A stretch of DNA of 64,000 nucleotides from assembly GCA_963796365.1 (NCBI GenBank), contig CAWCLJ010000004.1, forward strand, positions 1,721,275 through 1,785,274. The letters are read 5' to 3'. Below are positions 49,376 through 58,141 of the stretch, piece by piece. Source of the DNA: an uncultured Chloroflexia bacterium. Lineage in GTDB: Bacteria; Chloroflexota; Dehalococcoidia; Dehalococcoidales; RBG-16-60-22. Positions within the stretch are counted from its first letter, which is position 1; each line of letters opens with the position of its first letter. Made by a program: the position numbers and the translations under genes. The notes beneath the pieces are model-generated. The model did not search any database. It was not told the origin of the DNA and worked only from the letters and a program-made list of their open reading frames with translations.

Positions 49376-50152
49376 CTACTTCAAAAACTCGTACGCTTTC
49401 TGGTTGAACTCCTTCTTGTTTTCCATGAAGAACATATGCGACCCACCCTCGATTTTTACGAGGGTTGAACCCGGTATTGCTTTTGCTATCACTTCAGATG
49501 AAACCGGGCTGATAATCCTGTCCCCTGTCCCCACGATAACCAGTGTTGGGGAGGTTATAGAGGGCAGCCTGTCCAAAGTGTTGTGGCTGGCGCAGGCGGC
49601 CGCCTGCCCTTCGATGCCTGCATTTGCGGCGCTTCCCATTAAAAAGGACATTATCGCGGCCATATTGCCGAGGATAAACTTATTCATCGGCTTATTACAG
49701 GCCAGTCTTGCCATCGCCGCCTGCATTTTCCGCGGCGGTAAATTAATCAATTCTTTTTGTTCGGGCGCGTCGCCGCTTACACCGTCCTTGCAGCAGTAGG
49801 TACAGGCCAGCACCAGTTTAGTTATTTTTTCCGGGTAGTTGATGGCCAGTTCCTGCGCAATCATTCCCCCCATGGATGCGCCCAGGACGCGGGCCTGCTT
49901 AATGCTAAGATATTCCATCAGTTTAGCCGCGTCATCCGCCATCATCCTTGTTGTATAAGGCCCCGCCGGCTTATCGCTTTTGCCTACCCCGCGGTTATCG
50001 AATGTAATTACCCGGAAGAATTTTTTAAAGAAAGGGACCTGTGACGACCATGCGCTCCGGGGAGACGTGAACCCCATAATCATTACCAGCGGTTCGCCCT
50101 GTCCTTCTACTTTATAATTAATCTTGATTCCGTTAACGGTTGCGATAGGCAT
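49376..50152 (-). CDS. alpha/beta hydrolase
   Basis: Nucleophile elbow GASMGG, FDNRGVGKS, C-terminal H in GGSHMF. Confidence 0.8.
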   Translation of the reverse strand: MPIATVNGIKINYKVEGQGEPLVMIMGFTSPRSAWSSQVPFFKKFFRVITFDNRGVGKSDKPAGPYTTRMMADDAAKLMEYLSIKQARVLGASMGGMIAQELAINYPEKITKLVLACTYCCKDGVSGDAPEQKELINLPPRKMQAAMARLACNKPMNKFILGNMAAIMSFLMGSAANAGIEGQAAACASHNTLDRLPSITSPTLVIVGTGDRIISPVSSEVIAKAIPGSTLVKIEGGSHMFFMENKKEFNQKAYEFLK

Positions 50153-50266
50153 TCGCTTGTCCTCCTCTTACACTGGCGCGTTGCTGCGCTTCAGTTTAGG
50201 TCAGGATGGATGGATTGTCAAGTTAAAATCCTCCCCCTTTAGCTTTCCTCCTTTAACAAAGAGTGA

Positions 50267-50350
50267 CAATTCATCGGGTAATAATTGGAAATTTGAGTAA
50301 AAGAGGCAAACATCGTTCCCCTTGTTAAAGGGGAAGCAGAAGAGGATTTG
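50267..50350 (+). repeat. ~84-nt intergenic element, copy b (5' side of the hydrolase gene)
   Basis: CAATTCATCGGGTAATAATTGGAAAT...ATCGTTCCCCTTGTTAAAGGGGAAGCAGAAGAGGATTTG. Same orientation as copy a. Confidence 0.65.
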
Positions 50351-50474
50351 TAGATCCAAAACAAAAAGGGCGGGTTCTCACCTTTTCTCAACCGCTCACC
50401 CAGAGCTTGTCGAAGGGTCGCCCACCCCTGCTGATAACTGTAAACTGTAAACTGTTAACTGTTAACTAATTACT

Positions 50475-52235
50475 CTATTTATCATACTCCCCCGGCTCAT
50501 CCGGCAGGCCGCATTTGCCGTCTTTACACTCCACCCCGGCTGGTTTCGCCCGCCATTTATCTATCGACTCGCTGCCCTGGTAGCTGTATTCGGAATATTG
50601 CCACAGCGGGTTCGTTTCCCCGCCCACGACGACGAGGCTGATTTTATTCGGGTCGTGATAGGGCGCAATCAGCTCTTCCGGCCTGGCTTTCTTAAAGGTC
50701 GCGAAAGGCTCGATGCCCTGTATCGCCAGCGGGGTTACCATCCAGTCCACATGGTCGAAGCCCCAGTAACGTTCCACCGGCATCTTGATGTTTTCGGAGA
50801 GCCAGCGGCTGTATTCCTGTTTCGTTTTAAAGCCGTCTTTGTTCTTTAACATTTTTGCGATGAGCGGGTCCATGACGATGGTCGCCGCGCCGTTGGTCGG
50901 AGGGATGAAACTCAAGTTGAGGCACATTTCCTCCCCGATTGACCGCCTGGAAGCGGTGCCCGCGCTGTTCACGAAGACCCAGCCGCGGAAAATACTGACC
51001 GTGCTTTCCTCTTTGCGGAACTCGTGCTGCACGTGGAACGGTTCCCAGGGGCTCGCCTCCTCGTTTTCCGCGCAGCAATTATTGTTATAGTTCAGGCTGC
51101 TCCCTTGCGACGACCACATATTCTTTTTGGGCCGGATATCCACCCAGCAGGTGGACATCAGCGACCACGCCCGGCCGATGACCGCGTTAGCCATGTTGAC
51201 CGGCGAAAGCGCGCCGATGCCGGAGTTCATGCCGATTTCATTGCGGATCGGCCCGTTGACCAGCAGCATCGCCGACCAGTTGGATGTTGATGATTGAATG
51301 GCATCCAGTTTGTGCGCGGCGGTTGCCAGAATTACCGGCAAATATTCCGGTTTCGCCCCGGCCATCACCGCGAGCACGGCGACATTTCGCACGGTATACT
51401 TGACCATGCCGCGGATATCGAACCGCATCATCTCCCCGACGATTTCATTCGGGTCGGCGCCGGTGCCGGCGAGCATTTTCTTGACGCGTTCTTCCGTCGG
51501 CAGGATGATGGGGAGTCCGTCCGTCCAGCCTTTATCGTAAAAGAGCTGCTGCAGATTTTCTTCCGTGTCCGGTTTCAGGAAAGACCCGGCGGTTCCTTTG
51601 CTCTCAACTTTGGCGGCTTTGAACTTCAGCTTTTTCGGGTCTACCGGCTTGGTCAGGTTATCGATGATGTCCTGGATGACCGGTTTGCCGCTGTCCGGGT
51701 TCTTGCCGGAGATATAGCCGTCAAGCGTTTCATCGGACATGCCGATAACCGGGTGCGGCGTGAAGAGGAAAGGCACATACCTGGCCTTGCGGTCATTAGC
51801 CACGACTTCGATAAAGGCATCGGTCGTAAAGGGCGCCGTCGGAACACCGTATTTCTGCTCGAGTATTACGCTGGCGCCGGCAACTGCCGACACGCAGCCG
51901 ATTCAGCCCGCCACACCGATGACGGCGGCATCCCCGTTGGCTTTTATTTCGTTCCACAGCGCCGTATCTTTTTCGGTAAGAAAAGTATTCGGGGTGCGCT
52001 TGCGGACGGTCTTGACGGACGGCATGTTTTTTTCAAACCAGCGCTGTACCGCCATCATGAATTTATAGCTGCCGCCATACCCGATATCTATCAGGTAAAC
52101 GGTCTTGCCGTCCAGCATCTGGAGCCGTTTCGCCAGGGATTCTTTGGCTATTTCCGGCCCCGCAAAGACGCCTTGGTTCATCGTTAGGCCGATAGGTTCG
52201 GGGTTTAAAACATTATCCAGTAATTGTATCGTCAA
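50475..52235 (-). CDS. candidate selenoprotein, paralog 1: GrdB-like U-x-x-C domain fused to an uncharacterised ~400-aa domain (586 aa if TGA 51903-51905 = Sec)
   Basis: ORFs 51903..52235 and 50475..51893 share a frame. The joined product reads ...GDAAVIGVAG-U-IGCVSAVAGASVILEQKYGVPTAP.... TTG start 7 nt after AAGGAGG. Homologous along its length to 54392..56077, with the TGA at the same position. Confidence 0.7.
51870..51898 (-). promoter_or_regulatory. putative bacterial SECIS hairpin (paralog 1)
   Basis: GCUG-CGU-GUCGGC-AGUU-GCCGGC-GC-CAGC starts 4 nt after the UGA. The apical loop starts at nt 18 after the UGA (17 nt intervening). Confidence 0.5.
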
Positions 52236-52271
52236 GTCAGGCCTCCTTGTACGATGGGTTATACTTTTATT

Positions 52272-53246
52272 TTACTTCTTTTTCGGCGAAGACGTTTTGA
52301 CCGCGTTTTTGACCCATGTCAGGTCGGCGCGGGCCTTGGAAAAACCGGAATCCGTCTCCGAGAACGGGTCGTGGCGCATGGCCCTTTCTTCTGCCGCCTT
52401 TTTGTCCAGCGCCTCCTGGCGCCTCATGCCTTCCGGGCTGGAATAATTAAGGATACGCTGGAAATTGTCTTTCAGCATCTGTTCGCTGTTGGCATAAGGG
52501 ATGACGTAAAGCTGGTCATTCTCGATGCCTCGCTTCAGCCAGCCGGCCAGTTCCACCGGGTCCATGCCCTGGGCATGGATGGAGCGCAGGAAATCTATTG
52601 TCTTTTCATTAACGTTATAACCGGTATTCGCCAGGCTCTTGGGGCGTGTATAGACCGCTTCCGCAATATTCGACCGGATATTGGCCGGGCACAGGCAGGT
52701 CACGCCGATGCCGTAAGGCTTGAGCGCCATGTAATAGCTTTCCATCAGGTTATTCACCGCGGCTTTGGCGGCGGAGTATGGCGCCGTCCCCGACCCGCCC
52801 ATGAAACCACCCCACGAGGATGTAGTGGCGATGTGTCCGCCCTTACCGGCTTTAATCATGCGTGGCACGAACGTTACCAGGCCGTTAATGACGCCGCCTA
52901 GGCACACCCCGATTACCCAGTCATAATCTTCGTAAGTTGATGCTTCGGCCGGCCCGAAAGTATTTACCCCAGCGGTATTGATTAAAAGTTGCGGCGGACT
53001 GCCGAAAACCTTTTCCGTTTCATCCGCCGCGGCGGCGTAGGCTTTACGGTCGGTCAGGTCGAATTTGATGGCATGTACCGGTGCTTTCTTTTCCTTAAAA
53101 TAGGTCATCGCCTCATCGATATGGTCTTGCCGTATGTCGGCGATAACTACCTTCATGCCGGCCTCGGAAAATACTTTAGCTTGCCCCAGCCCCGCCCCGC
53201 TCGCCCCGCCTGTAATAAAAGCCACTTTCCCGGCAAAATCTTTCAC
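52272..53246 (-). CDS. SDR-family oxidoreductase
   Basis: ITGGASGAGLG, NTAG, YSAAK motifs. Paralog of 53422..54366. Confidence 0.85.
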   Translation of the reverse strand: MKDFAGKVAFITGGASGAGLGQAKVFSEAGMKVVIADIRQDHIDEAMTYFKEKKAPVHAIKFDLTDRKAYAAAADETEKVFGSPPQLLINTAGVNTFGPAEASTYEDYDWVIGVCLGGVINGLVTFVPRMIKAGKGGHIATTSSWGGFMGGSGTAPYSAAKAAVNNLMESYYMALKPYGIGVTCLCPANIRSNIAEAVYTRPKSLANTGYNVNEKTIDFLRSIHAQGMDPVELAGWLKRGIENDQLYVIPYANSEQMLKDNFQRILNYSSPEGMRRQEALDKKAAEERAMRHDPFSETDSGFSKARADLTWVKNAVKTSSPKKK

Positions 53247-53421
53247 AGTTTAGGTTCTCCTTTTCCAATTATGAATGTAAAGTCGTTTTTGCCTAAATTC
53301 CCCTCCCTTGATTGGAGAGGGTAGGGGAGGGTGAAATTCCTTTACACATTTTCCCCTTGTATAAAGGGGGATTCAGGGGTTTTTTTATCCCTGATTACCA
53401 AATACCAATTACTCACCCTAA

Positions 53422-54366
53422 TTATTTCCAGTCCGGCGGGCCTACCTGTTTCTGTTTATCGTAAATAGGGTTATATATGGCCGACCCAAAATCCTTGATG
53501 ACCGACCAGCGTTTTTCATTACGCGGCTCATCCGGGCAGGCGCGTATGATGGCGTCATGGCGGGCTTTGAAACCTGCCTTGAATTCCGGATGGGTGATAA
53601 TAAAAAGGTCGTTGTTCCTGATACCGCGTATTACCCGCTCCCCCATCTCTAACGGGTCCATCGCCACGGAGAAAATATCGATGGGCGGTTTATCACTTTT
53701 CCTGGCGCCGGGCGGCGGTTTCGGCGGCCATGTGTCCCCCGGACTTTTGAACTTCGCGGGCTTATTATCGAAAGAAGTCTGCCCCAGGTTGCTCACCGTT
53801 GGCCCGGGAATGAGCACGGAAGCTCCAATGTTCCGGTTTTGGTAATCTGAAGCGAGGCATTCCATCAGACCGGCCACGGCATACTTGGTCATACAGTAAA
53901 TAATAAAGCCGTCGGAGCCCATCAGCCCGCAGGTCGATGATGTGGAAATGACATGCCCGCCCTCGCCGTGCTTTAACATGCGTGGCAGGATGGTCATCAC
54001 GCCGTTAATCACACCGTTAATATTGACGTCGCTGCTGTAGTCCCAGTCTTTATACGTCAGGTTCTCTATCGTGCCCATCGTGGAACTCACCCCGGCATTA
54101 TTGACCAACAGGTGTATTTTCCCGAAGACTTTTTCCGCCTCATCGGCGGCTTTAGCATAAGCCTCTCTGTCTGTGACATTCAGTTTGATCGTATGGACGG
54201 GCAGTTTTTTCTCTTTGAAGTATTTCGCCGCTTCATCCAGCGCTTCCTGCCGCATATCGGCCAATATCACTTTCATGCCGTATTTAGCGCAAGTCTTGGC
54301 AATTCCCAGCCCGATACCGCTGGCCGCGCCGGTAATAAATGCGACTTTTCCTTTCAGGTCCTTCAT
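53422..54366 (-). CDS. SDR-family oxidoreductase
   Basis: ITGAASGIGLG, NNAG, YCMTK motifs. 314 aa. Confidence 0.85.
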   Translation of the reverse strand: MKDLKGKVAFITGAASGIGLGIAKTCAKYGMKVILADMRQEALDEAAKYFKEKKLPVHTIKLNVTDREAYAKAADEAEKVFGKIHLLVNNAGVSSTMGTIENLTYKDWDYSSDVNINGVINGVMTILPRMLKHGEGGHVISTSSTCGLMGSDGFIIYCMTKYAVAGLMECLASDYQNRNIGASVLIPGPTVSNLGQTSFDNKPAKFKSPGDTWPPKPPPGARKSDKPPIDIFSVAMDPLEMGERVIRGIRNNDLFIITHPEFKAGFKARHDAIIRACPDEPRNEKRWSVIKDFGSAIYNPIYDKQKQVGPPDWK

Positions 54367-54391
54367 GTTATTCTCTCTTTCGCGGTTAAGG

Positions 54392-56077
54392 TTACTCTAT
54401 CCCGCAGGAACCGTCGGCGCAGCTCTTGCCCACCGGCATTCTCAGCGGTTTGGCGTCTTTCTTTATCCCTTTCTTAGGTATCCATTTGTCCACCGGCCAG
54501 GTTTTACTGTAGATAAAGTTGGAGGTGGCATATATGGGGTTAGTCTCTCCGCCAACGACGATGAAATTAATCTTGTCCGGATTCATCGGGAACGGTGAGT
54601 TGGCTTTTTTGATGATCCATTCCTTGAGTTTCTTCAGGTCGGTATATCCCTCGTTATAAACGCTCCTGGCTACCAGCGGGTCGAGAATTACCGCGAAGTT
54701 GCCCATCATCAGGCCCAGGTTTTTCATGGAATTGTAGATATTCTCTGCGCCGCCGATGCCCAGGTTAACGACATCCCAGCCGCGGAACAGGCTGATGGTG
54801 CTTTCTTCCGCCTTAAATCCTTTCTGAACGTGGAAAGGCTGCCAGGGATTTTTCTCTTCATTTTCCGCCACGCACATATTCGTGAAGCTCAAGCCGTTGC
54901 CGAGCGTTGCCATATAGGTATCTCCCAGCCTGGCATCGCCAAAGTTGATACTCATCAATGTCCACGCCCGGCCGATGACTGCGTTGGCGTAATTGAAAGG
55001 ACCGAAGGCGCCGCCGCCGCTGTTCATGCCTATGTCTTTGCGAACCGGCCCGTTGACCACCACCATGCACCCGTAGGAACCGGTGGAACTAGGCAGGGAA
55101 GTCTGGTTCGATGATGCGATCGCCAGGATAACCGGTAAGTGTTCCGGCCTGGCGCCGGCCATGACCGCGTTGGCGGCCACTTTCTCGACTGTATATTCAA
55201 GCCGTTCTTCGACCGGTGTTATGGACATGATACCCACGATTTCATCGGGGGCGTGGTCGGTGCCGGTTAGCATTTCGGCGACGCGTTCCTCCGTGGGGAG
55301 TACTATTGGCAGGCCGTCCGTCCAGCCGTTTTCTAAGAACATACGCTGTAAATTGATCTCTGCATCCGGTTCAAGAAGCCGTTCGTGTTTTGGCTTTTTG
55401 AGCATCTTCATGTTTTTCTCGGCATCGGTTAGCGGCTGCGTCAGGGCGAAGATAATTTCGTCCATCAGGGGCGCTCCGGAAATGGGGTCGTTGCCGTTGA
55501 CGTAGCCGTGCAGTGTCTCGCGGGAGACCCAGCCGACCGGGTAGGGCGGGAAGCTCCAGCGCAGGTTCATGCCGTGGGTACGGCCGTCCCTCTGCATATA
55601 CTCGGCAAAGCGGGATGTAACGACGGGCGCGGTAGGCAGGTTATAAGCATGTTCCAGTGTCCGGGCAAATTCGGCGAGACTCGCCGAACAACCGTCTCAG
55701 CCCCCCACCCCGATGATGACGGCATCGGCGTCTTTTTTAATCACCGGCCAGAATTCCGGCGCATCGGCAAAGGTGTTGCCCGGTTTAACGCGCAATTCCG
55801 TCTTCACTAACGGCCTGTGCTGTTTGAACCATGCCTGTGCTTCTTCCATGAATTCATGGCTGCCGGCAAAGCCGGTGTCAACTAATATCACCCTTTTATT
55901 GTCCAGGCTTTTCAAACGGGGCGCCATGTGCAGGTGTTTCAGTTCATCCCGTGAAATGGTGGGTTGTACCGCCGGGTCGGTAATGGCCATCATATCGTCT
56001 CCGGGGTTTAACCTCCGGCCGAAAATTCCCGATGGCTGCCCTCTGGGGTCGAGAACGGTAATTTTTGTTTCTTTCAT
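54392..56077 (-). CDS. candidate selenoprotein, paralog 2: GrdB-like U-x-x-C domain fused to an uncharacterised ~400-aa domain (561 aa if TGA 55697-55699 = Sec)
   Basis: ORFs 55697..56077 and 54392..55597 share a frame, with 33 stop-free codons between them. The joined product reads ...DADAVIIGVGG-U-DGCSASLAEFARTLEHAYNLPTAPVV... Confidence 0.7.
55670..55688 (-). promoter_or_regulatory. putative bacterial SECIS hairpin (paralog 2)
   Basis: UUCGGCG-AGUCU-CGCCGAA, perfect 7-bp stem. The stem starts at nt 9 after the UGA (8 nt intervening) and the apical loop at nt 16 (15 nt intervening). Confidence 0.5.
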
Positions 56078-56212
56078 GTTGATACTTCCTTATTTTTCCG
56101 CCAAATGCCGGAGCAGAAACGTCATGCGGGGATTTTAGCGCGTCGTCCGGTTGGGGCGGTTTGACGCTCTTCTGACATAAGTGTTGGAAATTGTTATGAA
56201 TAGTTCTTGCGG

Positions 56213-56878
56213 CTATTTTTTGTTAAGCGGCCGTAAAATCGCTCGAGAGGGGCCGGCATCTCCATTGTACATCAATAGCGGCAGGCAGAGAAGTTCGTAT
56301 TCACCGGCCGGCACATGCCCCAGGGCGCAGTTTTCCAGGATATAAACGCCGGCGCCGAGCAATTTCTGGTGCGTCTGGATGATGCTGTCCGGGTCCTGGT
56401 ATTTCCCGATGGTAATGTTGTCCAGCCCGAACATGAGAACGCCTTTTTCCACCAGATAGTCCGCCGCTTTGGTATCCAGGTAGACGTAATTTTCCTGGAA
56501 TTTGGCGCTTTCATACGTTCGCGGGGAGTTGGCGGTCTTGCAGAGCAGCCGGTCGCCTTTTTTTATTTTGTTCTTTTCCAGCTCCGCTACTTTAATGGAC
56601 TCTTTGTCTTTAATCTCGATAACGCGGCACGGGCCGATGGTGGCCTCCACGTCCATATCGGATATCGTCGAGCCGTCCGGTATAAAGTGTAGCGGCGCAT
56701 CGAGGTGTGTACCGGTATGCCCGATAATTTCCAGCATGCATAATGTCGCCATGCTGCCTAATGCCCGGTCGTTGATACGGTAAATCCTTGGCGGTGCCGG
56801 GTCGGTGGGGAAATAGACCATGCCCTGTTTGATAGGCACGGAAATATCGTACCATCCCCTGGGTAATTTGACTGTCAT
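56213..56878 (-). CDS. cyclase-family protein (kynurenine formamidase-like amidohydrolase)
   Basis: IIGHTGTHLDAPLHF (HxGTHxDxPxH) motif. 221 aa. Confidence 0.75.
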   Translation of the reverse strand: MTVKLPRGWYDISVPIKQGMVYFPTDPAPPRIYRINDRALGSMATLCMLEIIGHTGTHLDAPLHFIPDGSTISDMDVEATIGPCRVIEIKDKESIKVAELEKNKIKKGDRLLCKTANSPRTYESAKFQENYVYLDTKAADYLVEKGVLMFGLDNITIGKYQDPDSIIQTHQKLLGAGVYILENCALGHVPAGEYELLCLPLLMYNGDAGPSRAILRPLNKK

Positions 56879-56924
56879 GAAAAACCTCCTTACAATTCCA
56901 TAAGTATCTTGTATTTTACATCAA

Positions 56925-57959
56925 ATGGAAGGGCAGGTAAAAAACATGGGCGATAGTTTAAAAGGTAAAGTTGCCATTGTTACCGGGTCGGGGCAGGGCA
57001 TCGGCCGGGGAATAGCTTTCGGGCTGGCGGCGGAAGGCGCCAAAGTGGTCACCAATAACCGCAAACCGGGCTCCACCGGCTATGCCATCATGAATGAAAA
57101 GCTGGTGAAAGATTTACCGAAAGTTAAGCAGGCCTGGTTTAAGAAACATGTGGCGGAAGATACCGGCGATGCCGAGACTACCGCCGCGAAAATCCGGCAG
57201 TTAGGCGGCGAAGCCCTTGCGTTTTTCGGGGATATGTCCGATTTTGAGATGGCCCGTAAAATCGCTAAAACGACCAAAGAGCATTTCGGGAGAATCGATA
57301 TCCTGGTAAATGTCATCGGGACTTTTGCTTTCAGCCCTATTTGGGAAATGAGCGAAGAGACCTGGGACCATGTCACCCTTGTTAAGCCCAAGTCCCATTT
57401 CAATACTATCCGGCACGTCCTGCCTTATATGATGGAGCAAAAATCGGGGCGCATTCTTAATTGCACTTCCGGCGCGGCCACCGGCAGCCCCAATCAGACG
57501 AATTACGCCGCCGCCAATGCTGGCGTGCTCGGCCTTACGTGGAGCACGGCGATGGAGGTGTATCCTTACGGCATTACCTGTAACGCTTTTGCACCCGGCG
57601 CTTATACCCGTGCCACCTTCGAGCTGGAAGCGATGGTCATGGCGCTGCCGAAGGAAAAACGCCCGTTCCCTGACTCCGAGTTTTTCATGAATATGATGGA
57701 GAACACGCCCGGTCCTGAAGAGCTGGCGCCTTTTATCGCCTATCTTTGCTCCGATGAAGCCGCCAACGTCAGCGGTTCGCTTTTCTTTGTCATGGGAAAC
57801 ACGATTTCACTGTATAATGAGCTGAAATTCGAACGGACGCTGACCCGGCAGGGCGGGAGGTGGACTTTCGACGAGTTGAAAGCGCAAGCCCCCCACTCAT
57901 TATTTATGGGATACCACAGCCCCGCCGCCCCCAATGAAAACCGGTGGGGCGGGAAATAA
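56925..57959 (+). CDS. SDR-family oxidoreductase (long form, 344 aa)
   Basis: VTGSGQGIGRG, YAAANAG motifs. Alternative ATG at 56946. Confidence 0.8.
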   Translation: MEGQVKNMGDSLKGKVAIVTGSGQGIGRGIAFGLAAEGAKVVTNNRKPGSTGYAIMNEKLVKDLPKVKQAWFKKHVAEDTGDAETTAAKIRQLGGEALAFFGDMSDFEMARKIAKTTKEHFGRIDILVNVIGTFAFSPIWEMSEETWDHVTLVKPKSHFNTIRHVLPYMMEQKSGRILNCTSGAATGSPNQTNYAAANAGVLGLTWSTAMEVYPYGITCNAFAPGAYTRATFELEAMVMALPKEKRPFPDSEFFMNMMENTPGPEELAPFIAYLCSDEAANVSGSLFFVMGNTISLYNELKFERTLTRQGGRWTFDELKAQAPHSLFMGYHSPAAPNENRWGGK

Positions 57960-58141
57960 GTTGTCATGCTGGAGTTCGCAAAGGGCGAACGAAGCATCTG
58001 GTAGGGAGGTAAATCTTCCCTTCCAAATGTTTGGGATTTGTATCTTGGTTATTGATTATTCATTATCGGCGTGGCAATCTCACTCTACCGCATGGTAAAG
58101 TGTCATGTATTATGTGTGCAACTAACCTTGAATCGTAAACC

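Noticed and set aside
51294-52901. 297-aa and 225-aa plus-strand ORFs (51294..52187 and 52224..52901).
   Set aside because: They are antisense to the selenoprotein and SDR genes, R/G/H/F-rich, with no motifs. They are typical shadows of GC-rich coding DNA.
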